Assembly (NCBI RefSeq): GCF_006345805.1
Contig: NC_042998.1
Location: forward strand, 85,374,001-85,438,000
DNA from: Octopus sinensis
Lineage: Eukaryota
Length of the DNA: 64,000 nt
Direction of reading: 5' to 3'
The position numbers and the translations under genes are program-made. Position 1 is the stretch's first letter. Each line of letters starts with the position of its first letter. The notes below the pieces were generated by a model, which worked only from the letters and a program-made list of their open reading frames with translations, was not told the origin of the DNA and searched no databases. Of this stretch, positions 1 through 11,312 are shown piece after piece.

Positions 1-2227
1 AAAAATAAAGTGATTCTCATACTGACAAGTACCAGAACCCTCTGCCTGACTAAATTAAGGAAACTTTAACACTCCCAACTCTTTAATAAAAAGACAAAAT
101 AGAGTTTGCTTTATATAATACTTCTTTTTTCACTATAGTCTTTGACAAATTTAAAAAGTTTAAAAATCTATCTAATTTTAGTAAACATGGCAATTTTTCA
201 ACTTGCATCTCAATCATCATGGCCCCCTACTACCCAGGGGCACCTTAAAGTATTCAGATTTGTCCATCTACTTTCTAGTTCAAATCTCAATGGAGCAGTG
301 AGTTGATTTAGTCTTAAATACTGGATATATCAAATAATGACTGATAATATACCAATATCAATAACACTATCAATACTAAACCGCAACTTGTGAGTCATAT
401 GTGACTCTCAAAGGTACTATGTGTGCCTCCCAAGTTAAGACTGAGTTTCAGAGCTATTTTTGCTAAAGATACCAAACTCTAGGGATGCAGTAATGAAAGA
501 AACAAAATTAAATTAGGCTATATATGTGTGAGTGTATGTTTGTGTATGTATATTTTCTCATGGTTAAAAAACAAAATTATTGTGAATCTTGAACATGAAA
601 TAATACAGTTATAACAAATCAACTAAAAGTATGTTGACAATTCTAAGGGGAGACAAATGCCTACAAATATTCTAATGAATAAACATTTGAGAAAATATAT
701 CCCTTAATTTCAAGAAAAAGCAGCCCTAACTCTTTCAAATCATACTCTACTGTCTTAATAAAAGGAACTTTGATCACAGGATAGGTCTGTTCAATTAGGA
801 CTGACTAGGAGCTAAACAACAACACAGATCATAAGATTGTAAGACTAGGAAAACAGGCAATTTCAATTAGTTTCATTTTAACAGCTATTTTTTTAAGGCT
901 ATCTTCCAATTGTAAATGATTAAAAGATATTTTCATAAAACTGAAATTAGTAGTGTTGGTGTTCATGGTGGTGGTGGTGAGGTTGTGATGAATATCAATC
1001 TACAATCATTTTTATTTTCCCCAAGAATTTCTATTTGAGCTTGGAATGTCAATTTTGGTTTCATAATACTTTCAATTCAATTCCTGCTTCCCCATCACGA
1101 CCTCCACCATCACTACCAGAATCTATCTGATTTCAAATATGAAATCCTTTCAGTTTCTTAATTTTTCTCTCAGTTTCAAATTAGGAAAATTCCTCTATTT
1201 TGTTGAGGATTAAGCCGTCAGTATTGAAACCTCATAAGATGGCTTTGATAAGAACCAAAAAAAAAAGACTTCTCAGATTTAATTATGTAATATTACAAGA
1301 ATATACAACCTAATGTCCAATAGAAATGATTCTATTCAGTAACAAATATTATTATTTTGTGTCGATATCAAATCTTTCTACTTCTCAAAAAATTGTGTGC
1401 ATTCTTTGGATGATTTGCAAAATAACAGAAACAAGGAAAATCCAATAATGGCAGTTGCAGCACAAACATTCTTGCCACAACACCTATTGAAAATTTCCTA
1501 TGAATTTACGCTAATACTATTTCCAACGTTTTGATTCAGGGAAAATATTCAATTTTGAAAACTCATTCTGTATTTCTAGTAATTCACTGACTCTCATTTG
1601 TATGAAGGTACACACACTCACCAGACATACATAAACACCAACATGAACGTAAACAAAATACAGGTAGACAGACAAACAAGCAGATTTAGAATACAGACAA
1701 CTGCAAGTGAAGCATGCACCAACATGCGCCCAGATGAAATTTCACAGATTGTGAAACATATATATACGCAGAACCACACCAAGACACAAGCCCAAACTTG
1801 TATCAGTGCACAGTGTTATATTACATAATTGCTTATTTTATTCTATATTCCATCAAGATCTATTTATCTACACACACACACACACACACACACTGAACCA
1901 TGAAACACAATTACATCAGTTATTTAGTCCATTCTCTATTACTCATTCCTCAATTTACTCAGCTAAACAGGTCCATACATGGATGTATAATTAAGAAGTT
2001 TACTTTGCAACTGAGTAGTTACAGGTTTGGTCCCACTGTGCAACAACTAGGGAAAATACCCTCTACTATAACTCCAGGCTAACCAAAGCCTTGCAGACAC
2101 TGAAAGAAGCCTATGATATGTATGGCATTAGTAAGTGCATCTAACGGAAGAAATCATACCAAAGCAGACAGTGGAATTGAGATCAGTCTTCAGGCTCACT
2201 AGTTCCTATCAAGCTGTTCAACCCATG

Positions 2228-2475
2228 CCAGTATGAAAAACAGGCATTAAACTTTTAGTATTTAAGATGGTCATACACAGCTCAAATATTCAACTTGCTT
2301 TATGTTCATGCCACCCAGATCCAGCCTCTTACACTTACTCTCCAATGTCATTCTAAAAGTAAGCAATTGCATCATTGAAATTTCAAAGCTATGAGATAAT
2401 GAATGACTAATTCAAAACAATGTGAATATATAAGCATTAAAGTTAAAAGAATAATCTGAACACTAAAGGGTTAAA
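2228..2475. mobile_element. TTAA-flanked piggyBac-type MITE, family 1 (reverse orientation relative to 60899)
   Basis: Ends in ...CACTAAAGGGTTAA; the interior is the reverse complement of the copy at 60899-61123. Confidence 0.7.
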
Positions 2476-2863
2476 TGGTGATGATGATGATGGTGTGTGT
2501 ATGTGTGTTTGTGTCATTGACTTGACATCACATACTAATTGTAAGCAAATGTCAATATCATACAAGTGGCACCATTCATTTGCAAATCTTATATGAAGGT
2601 ATGCCCAGCCATCATAGTGTTTGTGTTCTAAGGAGTAGGCGAATATTACTTTGCTTGGAAATAGGTAAGGGTTAGCAACAGAAAGAACATACAGCAGTAT
2701 AAAAATTTACCTTAGCTTATGCAAGGATTATAAAAGTGGGGTGATGAAATTAATTAATCACGTGCAGATTTATTCTCTCTTTCTTAATGCCAGGAACTTA
2801 TTTTAATTATCAAATGCACCACAAATTTGTAACAAAGATTTATAGATTTACAACTCTAATCAT

Positions 2864-3520
2864 TAACTAACAACACTAAGATGGATGGAGCTTATTAAAA
2901 ACCTAAATCTTAATGCTGAAGAAGCAGATACATGTCTAATACTGATCAACACAAAACTGCTTATGGATGGTGCTAAGCCTAAACTAGTTAAGTCAAAATT
3001 CCTTGCATTATATGATATCAATGTAATCACAAAACTGAAACATGTCCTACATCTTACACCAATTCAGGATTTAATGGATACTGTTGAAAAAATACCTAAA
3101 CCTAAAGAAAGATTTATCACCTCAGACAAACCAAAAATTTTTGCATCTGAAGCAAAAACAAGAACTGGAAAATGATTTCTTGTTAAAGCTCAAAGCACAT
3201 TGGTTCATTCTCTAAATTCTCTGCAATCTAAGATGACACAGAAGCAGAGCTTCTAAAACTGGTTTTTATCAACCAATCAATTGTACTCGAAGAAAAATAA
3301 AAGATTCTGGATCATCTAAAAACTTTGCTGCCTTAAGCGTCTGTCTCCGACTTGGTTAACCTCATTATATGTAATAGTACAGGCAGAGTGAGCAATTGTC
3401 CATATATCACTACAGCAGCCATGTTCTATTCTATGACTGAAATACATTTTGCAATAGCAAGGACTCTTGTCAAGGAAAGTTTTGCAAACAACAAGTAACT
3501 GAACAAAACCAGGTTAAAAA
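2864..3520 (+). pseudogene. Decayed coding sequence of unknown origin (96-aa ORF 2885-3175 plus continuation through stops and frameshifts)
   Basis: MELIKNLNLNAEEADTCLILINTKLLMDGAKPKLVKSKF...KTRTGK* continues as FLVKAQSTLVHSLNSLQSK, then DDTEAELLKLVFINQSIVLEEK*KDSGSSKNFAALSVCLRLG, then NLIICNSTGRVSNCPYITTAAMFYSMTEIHFAIARTLVKESFANNK. Protein-like, not low complexity, intronless, single copy in the window. Family not recognised. Confidence 0.45.
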
Positions 3521-3719
3521 CTGCTGCAATTGTAGAACTTCACATCCATACAAAGACATAGCTAACATACATGTGAACTCATACACATACACAAAGTGTC
3601 TACTTCTTATTTTCTCTGTCTGAAAGCATCCCTTTACAATACTCTGATAAACAGGTCAAGTAGGAAAGAAACAAAATAATATGACCCACTACCACCAGTA
3701 GTTGTTTATATAAATAGTA

Positions 3720-3739
3720 TCTCTTTCTCTCTTGTACAT

Positions 3740-3775
<36 letters not shown>

Positions 3776-4465
3776 TGTGTGTTGAGGTAACTGTCAGATG
3801 TATAAGATAGTTAAGGTGATGGTGGAGGTGGTAGTTACGATAATACGCAGCAATGATGAAACCCTGACAAAAGTGGATGTCATACAGCAGTTAACAGCAG
3901 ACTTAATGCACTTAGGATGACTGCATATGCATGTGTGTGTGTGTATGAGAGAGCGAAAGGGAGAGAGAGGGAGAGAGAGGGAGAGAGAGAGAGAGATGAA
4001 ATGCAAGTAAACATTGCTGAGATAGTAAATGAGGAGGGAAAGAGAAAAGATGAGACAGAAGGGATTAGATAGAGAGGTAAGAGACAGACAGTAAGAAGGA
4101 GCTGAAGAGAGAAGAAAAAATAGAATATGGTAAGAAAGTGATGGGAGAAAGAGAAATAAAATGGAGAAAGGAAGAAATGAAGCAAAAAGAGAGTGAATCA
4201 GAAAAATGAGATGAAAAGAGGACATGAGGTGGGAATGAAATGGAGAGTGATGGAGAAGTGATGCAGAGAGATGGGGTGATTGTAAGACACAAAGAGAGAG
4301 AGAGAGAGAGAGAGTTTATATAGATAGACAGAGACATAGAGATACGCAGACAGAAGGGGGGAAATATAAGGGTGGAATGAGATGAAGAGAGAGAGAGAGA
4401 GAGAAGAAAAATTTACAGAGATAGAAATATAGAAATAGTAAAATAGCTATTCACTTAGATAACAT

Positions 4466-4500
<35 letters not shown>
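3720..4500. repeat. (CA)n/(TA)n and degenerate GA-rich low-complexity tract
   Basis: Directly visible; explains the spurious S/L/F-rich minus-strand ORFs at 3794-4337. Confidence 0.9.
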
Positions 4501-4502
<2 letters not shown>

Positions 4503-4507
<5 letters not shown>

Positions 4508-4940
4508 CACTTATGTTAGTTCACACACACACACACACATGTATATGTATATATATTATCATCACATTAGTTTATACATAAATAAAAATATGGTCAGAGT
4601 GTGGATGGGAGCTTTGTAACAATGATATTGATACTGATACATAACAGGTTCAATTGAAGTTAAATTTCATTAAATGATCAAAACCTTTGCTCACAAAATC
4701 ATATTAAGTTATCAAAAGATCCTAAAATAGAATTTATTTCATATTAAACAACATAGCACACCCAAATTCCAACTTATACATACACGCACATATATATATA
4801 TATCAATCTAAAATTATATACATATATAAATAAACAAATGTATATGATGTATGTATGTACGTGTGTGTGTGTGTGTATATATCATCATCATCATCATCAT
4901 CATCATTTAACGTCCGCTTTCCATGCTAGCATGGATATAT

Positions 4941-4994
<54 letters not shown>

Positions 4995-5421
4995 CACTTA
5001 TGTTAGTTCACACACACACACACACATGTATATGTATATATATTATCATCACATTAGTTTATACATAAATAAAAATATGGTCAGAGTGTGGATGGGAGCT
5101 TTGTAACAATGATATTGATACTGATACATAACAGGTTCAATTGAAGTTAAATTTCATTAAATGATCAAAACCTTTGCTCACAAAATCATATTAAGTTATC
5201 AAAAGATCCTAAAATAGAATTTATTTCATATTAAACAACATAGCACACCCAAATTCCAACTTATACATACACGCACATATATATATATATCAATCTAAAA
5301 TTATATACATATATAAATAAACAAATGTATATGATGTATGTATGTACGTGTGTGTGTGTGTGTATATATCATCATCATCATCATCATCATCATTTAACGT
5401 CCGCTTTCCATGCTAGCATGG
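4503..5421. repeat. Exact direct tandem duplication, period 487 bp (4503-4934 and 4990-5421)
   Basis: The two 432-bp copies read as identical, including microsatellite lengths. Each is bounded by (TA)n and ends in a short RTE tail stub. Confidence 0.95.
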
Positions 5422-5454
<33 letters not shown>

Positions 5455-5891
5455 GACATAGGCACAGTGGCATGGTTAAGAATTTTGCTTTGCAGTCATG
5501 TGGCTTTGATTCCACTGCATGGCCTTATAGGCACCTGCCTTCTACAACAGTCTCAGGGAGAGACGAAACTTGTGAAGACTGATCATATAGGTGAATGTGT
5601 GTGAGTGTGTCCATCTGATTAGCTTTGCATCAACACCATTTGAACACTGGTAATGTCTGTTAGTCTGTTAATGTCTTACAGTTTGGTTGGACAATGTGCA
5701 AAAGACCAGTGAAGTAAAAAAACAAAAACAATTAAAACTACCTTACTCATAATCAGGTAAGACTTGGCATTGGCAGCAGCAGAAAGGAAGAGATGATGGC
5801 AGTGATAGTGACGGAGACAATAGCCATGTAATTGCAATTAGATAGGGAAAAAGACTCAATATTGTGAAGTAGTGTGAAATAATTATTTGAA

Positions 5892-6270
5892 GGCGCAGGC
5901 ATGGCTGTGTGGTAAGAAGCTTGTTTCTCAACCACATAGTACCAGGTTCAGTACCACTGTGGGCAAGTGTCTTCTACTATAACCTTGAATCAACCAAAGC
6001 CTAGTGAGTGGATCTGGTAGAGAGTAAACTGAAACAAGCCCTATCATATATATGTGTATAGCTGTGTGTGTGTGTGTGTATGTGCTTATCTCCCATCACG
6101 GCTTGACAACCAATGGTAGAGTGTTTGCATCCCTGTAATTTAACAGTTCAGCAAAAGAGACCAATCAAATAAAAAGGTTTAAAAAAATAACTCCTAGGAC
6201 TGATTTGTTCAACTAAAACCCCTCAAGGTGGTGCTCCAGCTTGGCTGCAGTCAAATAAGATAAAAGAAGT
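5892..6270 (+). mobile_element. tRNA-derived SINE, family A, near full length
   Basis: Head GGCGCAGGCATGGCTGTGTGGTAAG...GGTTCAGTACCACTG with Pol III A/B-box-like motifs, central (TG)n, tail GGTGCTCCAGC..GCAGTCAAAT. Related pieces at about 2000-2250, 5460-5690, 6885-7105, 14295-14390(-), 28490-28620(-), 45570-45770(-), 52740-53040(-). Confidence 0.8.
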
Positions 6271-7112
6271 TAAATAAGTAGGTGTTGCTCCTTAGATTTT
6301 CACATTACTGATACTCAGGCAACTGAGCCAACTGATGATTGGAAAAATGAAATTCCGAGTAGTCACAAACACACATTCTCAATTTTCTTATCTGTACAGT
6401 CAACCAAAAAGCCAACTGAACAACCATTACTTAGAAATATGGCAAATATAATCCTCAACCTTACATATCACACTTTCTACATTTCTGACACATGGGCCTA
6501 TTGAATACTTGAATGTGTTTGGAACACAAAATAAACACACACAGAAAGTGAACTGGCAGAATTATTGGAGCATTGGATAGATTGTCTAGCTGTAATTCAT
6601 CCCAGCTGTTAGTGCTCTAAATTCAAGACCCACTGATGGGAATCAACTGTGTCGTTCATTCTTTTGGGGGTCAATAAATAAAATACCAGTCAGGTATTGC
6701 AGTTGATTCTTCTATACACACACTCACACATTCTCCCTCCCACTCTCTGAAGAAATTGGTTGTTTAACCATGGAGAAATTGGTTCTGCCAGGTCTACAGA
6801 TGCCCAAGATATGCTTTTTGTTTCAACAGTAACCTTATGACTTCAACAGGAGCTGAAAACACAAGGTAAGATATATATATATACCTTGCCTTGGGCCCAG
6901 TCATGACTGTGTACCTAAAAAGCTTGCTTCTCAAACATGATTTCAAGTTCGGTCCCACTAAATGGCACCCTGGCCTAATGTCTTCAGTTATAGACTAGGG
7001 CTAACCAAAGTACTAGGCTTACAAAGAATAAGTTCTGGGGTCGATTTGTTCGATTAAAGCTGGTGCTCCAGCATGGCCGCAGTGAAATGACTGAAGCAAA
7101 TAAAGGAATATA

Positions 7113-7150
<38 letters not shown>

Positions 7151-7188
7151 TAAATGAAATAATGGAGTCGAACAACGATTTAACAAAA

Positions 7189-7287
7189 TTCCTTTATTCT
7201 CGACATATGTTTCAAAGACTGCATATTCTTAATTCCGAAGGAATGAAGGGTGCATTATGCCGTCTTCTCATTAGGAAAGACAAGGAA
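7189..7287 (-). ncRNA. Mirror copy of the hammerhead motif in the left arm of the palindrome
   Basis: Reverse complement of 7406-7504. One change (7214) turns the base pair closing stem II from G-C to G-U. Confidence 0.62.
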
Positions 7288-7405
7288 CTTATGTCAGCAT
7301 CATGACGAACAAAAACTTTTAGATGACTGCCCACACTCATTATCACTATGGACTCCGTGCGGGCAGTCATCTAAAAGTTTTTGTTCGTCATGATGCTGAC
7401 ATAAG

Positions 7406-7504
7406 TTCCTTGTCTTTCCTAATGAGAAGACGGCATAATGCACCCTTCATTCCTTCGGAATTAAGAATATGCAGTCTTCGAAACATATGTCGAGAATAAA
7501 GGAA
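7406..7504 (+). ncRNA. Minimal type I hammerhead ribozyme motif with variant core (CUAAUGA)
   Basis: CTAATGA 7419-7425; stem II GAAGAC 7426-7431 with GTCTTC 7474-7479; GAAA 7480-7483; tiny palindromic stem III ACATATGT; GTC triplet 7489-7491; stem I TTTC/GAGA plus TTCCTT/AAGGAA. The layout matches minimal Penelope-type hammerheads, but G5 is A. Confidence 0.7.
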
Positions 7505-7699
7505 TTTTGTTAAATCGTCGTTCGACTCCATTCTTTCATTTATCTATAGTAAAAAAACACACAAATTTCCACAAGAAAGCACGTGATTTCTGCCCTTGGC
7601 ATGTAGCTTCAACCGTGCTTTCTGACGTAAATTTGCTACCCGGGTATCGGTTAACTGAATCATCCATACTAGGATAATTCAGTCAACTACTTAAACATT

Positions 7700-7876
<177 letters not shown>

Positions 7877-7877
<1 letters not shown>

Positions 7878-8830
7878 CATCATCGTTTAGCGTCCGCTTT
7901 CCATGCTAGCATGGGTTGGACGGGTCAACTGGGGTCTGTGAAGCTGGAAGGCTTCGTCAGGCCCAGTCAGATCTGGCAGTGTTTCTACGGCTGGATGCCC
8001 TTCCTAATGCCAACCACTCCGCGAGTGTAGTGGGTGTTTTTTACATGCCACCTGCACAGGTGCCAGACAGAGCTGGCGAACGGCCACGAACGGATGGTGC
8101 TTTTACGTGTCACCGGCATGGGGCCAGGCGATACTGGCAACGGACACGAACGGATGGTGCTTTTACGTGCCACCGACACGGGGCCAGACAGAGCTGGCAA
8201 ACGGCCTCGAACGGACGGTGCTTTTACGTGTCACCGGCACGGGGGCCAGCCGAGGCTGGCAATGGACGCGAACGGATGGTGCTTTTACGTGCCACCGACA
8301 CGGTTGCCGGACAGAGCTGGCAAACGGCCACGAGCGGACGGTGCTTTTACGTGTCACCGGCACGGGGCCAGCCGGGGCTGGCAACAGACACGAACGGATG
8401 GTGCTTTTACGTGCCACCGACACGGGGCCAGACAGAGCTGGCAAACGGCCACGAACGGATGGTGCTTTTACGCGCCACCAATACGGGGCCAGACAGAGCT
8501 GGCAAACGGCCACGAACGGACGGTGCTTTTACGTGTCACTGGCACGGGGCCAGGTGAGGCTGGCAACGAACACGAACGGATGGTGCTTTTACGTGCCACC
8601 GACACGGGGCCAGGCAGAGCTGGCAAACGGCCACGAGCGAATGGTGCTTTTACGTATCACCGGCACGGGTGCCAGACGAGGCTGACAGCGGACACGAACG
8701 GATGGGGCACTTAACCCCTGCTTTCTGATATATGATTTGATTTTGATTGTTCTCACTGGTTTTGCCGGGTCTTCTCACGCACAGCATACTTCCATAGGTC
8801 TCGGTCTCTGGTCATTTCCTTGGTCATATA
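7877..8830 (-). mobile_element. RTE LINE 3' end (3' UTR with expanded VNTR), plus a short ORF-end fragment at 8755-8830
   Basis: (CAT)n-CGTTTAGCGTCCGCTTTCCATGCTAGCATGGGTTGGAC is the reverse complement of the tail that follows the RT-associated ORF at 53055-54252. 8755-8830 matches the minus-strand [18 protein letters not shown] end. Confidence 0.85.
8040..8705. repeat. About 60-61-bp GC-rich minisatellite, about 11 units, two alternating unit types
   Basis: GGTGCTTTTACGTG recurs every 60-62 bp. The 213-, 226- and 192-aa ORFs here are translations of the repeat. Confidence 0.95.
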
Positions 8831-9073
8831 TGTGTATATATGTATATGTGTGTATATATATATGTGTATATATATGTGTATATATATATATGTGTATATA
8901 TATATATGTATATATATAATGTGTATATATATATATGTATATATATAATGTGTATATATATATATGTATATATATAATGTGTATATATATATATGTGTAT
9001 ATATATATATGTGTATATATATATATATGTGTATATATATATATGTGTGTATATATATATATATGTGTATATA

Positions 9074-9115
<42 letters not shown>

Positions 9116-9145
9116 TATATATGTGTGTGTGTGTGTGTGTATATC
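8830..9145. repeat. Compound (TA)n/(TG)n microsatellite
   Basis: Directly visible. Confidence 0.95.
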
Positions 9146-9149
9146 TCTC

Positions 9150-9527
9150 TCTATATAAACGGCAGTTTGTCTGTGCGTGTTTCTGTGTGTCTGTTTGCTT
9201 GTACCCTCACCCTGACCACGGCTTTCAACCGATTCTGATGAAACTTGACACACACATAGCCCAATGTCATAATTCAAAACTAACGTAGCGAAAATTTTGA
9301 AAAGTTCCCCCAGTTCTGAAAAAAATCGATAAATTCGACATGGGGTCGAGAATCAGAAACACAAACCGCAAACTGTCTAGGGGACGCAACTCCACCTTTT
9401 TTCACTCTCAAAAAAAATTTACCATCATTTTTTTCCATTTTTTTGCTATTTTTTGGCTATAACTCTCTAAAAATGCTTTATAGTTATTTCCCTTACAAAC
9501 CTGAGCAACGCCGGGCGATACTGCTAG
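9150..9527 (+). mobile_element. Non-autonomous Helitron
   Basis: 5' TC-TATATAAA start; 3' GC-rich hairpin region (CCTGAGCAACGCCGGG) followed by CTAG|T, inside a TA tract. The 3' ~140 bp is shared with 55751-56128. Confidence 0.8.
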
Positions 9528-9558
<31 letters not shown>

Positions 9559-9567
9559 ATATATATA

Positions 9568-9607
<40 letters not shown>

Positions 9608-9610
<3 letters not shown>

Positions 9611-10680
9611 TCATCATCATCATCGTTTAACGTCTGTTCTCCATGCTAGCATGGGTTGGACGGTTCAACCGGGCTGCACCAGGCTCCGGTCTTATCTGGC
9701 AATGTTTCTACAGCTGGATGCCCTTCCTAACGCCAACCACTCCGTGAGTGTAATGGGTGCTTTTTACGTGCCACCTGCACTGGAGCCAGGCGAGGCTGGC
9801 ATCGGCCACGGTCGCATTGGTGCAATTTACGTGCCACCTGCACGGAAGCCAGTCGAGGCGGCACTGGCTTCGGCCACGATTGGGATGGTCCTTTTTACGT
9901 GCCACCGACACGGAAGCCAGTCGAGGCGGCGCTGGCATCGGCCACGATTCGGATGATGCTTTTTACGTGTCTCCAGTCCAGGGGTCCTGGAATATGCCAG
10001 GTGCCAGTCATAGGATTGGTTCAATTTCGATTTCACTTGCCCCAACAGGTCTTCGCAAGCAAAGGGAGTAGGCATAGGTGCCTGTCGTTGGATGAGGTTT
10101 GATATCGACTTCGCTTGCCTCAACAGGTCTTTGTGTGTCCAAGGGAGGAAAGGCATGCATAAGTGGGCTGGACTCACTTGTCCTGCCTGGTCTTTTCACG
10201 CACAGCATATTTCCAAAGGTCTCGGTCGCAGGTCATTTCCTCAGTGAGACCTAAAGTTCGAAGGTCGTGGTTCACCACCTCGTCCCAGGTTTTCCTGGGT
10301 CTACCTCTTCCACGGGTTCCCTCCACTGCTAGGGATTGGCACTTATTCACACACCTATCTTCATCGATTCTCGCCACATGACCATACCAGCGCAATCGTC
10401 TCTCTTGCACACCACAACTGATGCTCCTTAAGTCCAACATTTCTCTCAGGGTACTAACGCTCTGTCGAGCATGCACACTGACATTACACATCCATCAGAG
10501 TATACTGGCTTCATTTCTCGCGAGCTTACGCATGTCGTCAGCAGTCACGGCCCATGTTTCACTGCCATGTAGCATGGCTGTTCGTACACATGCATCATAC
10601 AGTCTGCCTTTTACTCTGAGCGAGAGGCCTTTAGTCACCAGCAGAGGTAAGAGCTCCCTGAACTTTGCCCAGGCTATTCT
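9608..10680 (-). mobile_element. 5'-truncated RTE LINE: C-terminal ORF fragment, 3' UTR and (ATG)n tail
   Basis: Minus strand reads RIAWAKFRELLPLLVTKGLSLRVKGRLYDACVRTAMLHGSETWAV...IL*WMCNVSV...LRWYGHVARIDEDRC...GRGRPRKTWDEVV, typical of the RTE region downstream of RT. Only one stop codon in this stretch, so a fairly young copy. Confidence 0.92.
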
Positions 10681-10684
10681 TACT

Positions 10685-10725
10685 CTATATATATGTGTGT
10701 GTGTGTATATATATATGTGTGTGTG

Positions 10726-10756
<31 letters not shown>

Positions 10757-10871
10757 ATATATATGTGTGTGTGTGTATATATATATATATGTGTGTGTGT
10801 GTATATATATATATGTGTGTGTGTGTATATATATATATGTGTGTGTGTGTATATATATATATGTGTGTGTG

Positions 10872-10943
<72 letters not shown>

Positions 10944-10960
10944 ATATATATATATATAGA
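10685..10960. repeat. Compound (TA)n/(TG)n microsatellite
   Basis: Directly visible. Confidence 0.95.
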
Positions 10961-10964
10961 ATGG

Positions 10965-11312
10965 TTTAAGAGACAGAATCATCCCCAATTTCTGGCCTCC
11001 TAATTCCTCTGGCTGTAATCCCATGGGTTACTAAGTATAGAGCACAGTTGAAAAAGACACCAACCACTCTGCCTGCAAACACCAAAGCCAAACAGGTGGC
11101 CAAAGTCAAGGAGATTTTTGAAGATCATTCCAGGGATACAGTGAAGAACATATGTATCATATTTTGATGTTGTCTTGAGGCTGTGGTGGGAAGCTGATGA
11201 TGGTTACTCCAAGTAAACTTATCTCCCAGCCACAATCTAGTTATTTTTGGATGGGATACTGCGCTTTCTTTTCCTTTTATGCAAACTGTCAAATTTAGTC
11301 TGAACACCTTTT
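10965..11312 (+). mobile_element. Tc1/mariner-superfamily transposase C-terminal relic with right end
   Basis: Reads FWPPNSSGCNPMGY*V*STVEKDTNHSAC...VAKVKEIFEDHSRDTVKNIC...LEAVV, resembling the WPPNSPDLNPLDY motif of DD37D/maT-type transposases. Degenerate TIR-like end (GTCTGAACACCTTTTA) near 11300. Confidence 0.8.

Larger units (their letters stand above)
7145..7548. repeat. Near-perfect inverted repeat: 188-bp arms (7145-7332, 7361-7548), 28-bp spacer; probable Penelope-like inverted pLTR pair
   Basis: Arms compared base by base are reverse complements with 3 mismatches (7160/7533, 7174/7519, 7214/7479). The element is flanked by (TA)n on both sides, and the right copy continues about 150 bp to ~7700. 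The repeat itself is directly visible; the Penelope assignment is inferred from the hammerhead motif. Confidence 0.95.

Noticed and set aside
8040-8705. Regularly spaced repeats superficially like a CRISPR array
   Set aside because: Whole units are homologous with no unique spacers, the context is eukaryotic, and there are no cas genes.
7916-8714. Longest ORFs in the track (213, 226 and 192 aa)
   Set aside because: Overlapping frames over a GC-rich 60-bp tandem array in a LINE UTR; openness is a by-product of the repeat.
8737-10969. IY/VC/HT-repeat ORFs (also 3794-4337, 4838-5068, 7683-8030, 47479-47754)
   Set aside because: Translations of microsatellites or the antisense of RTE.
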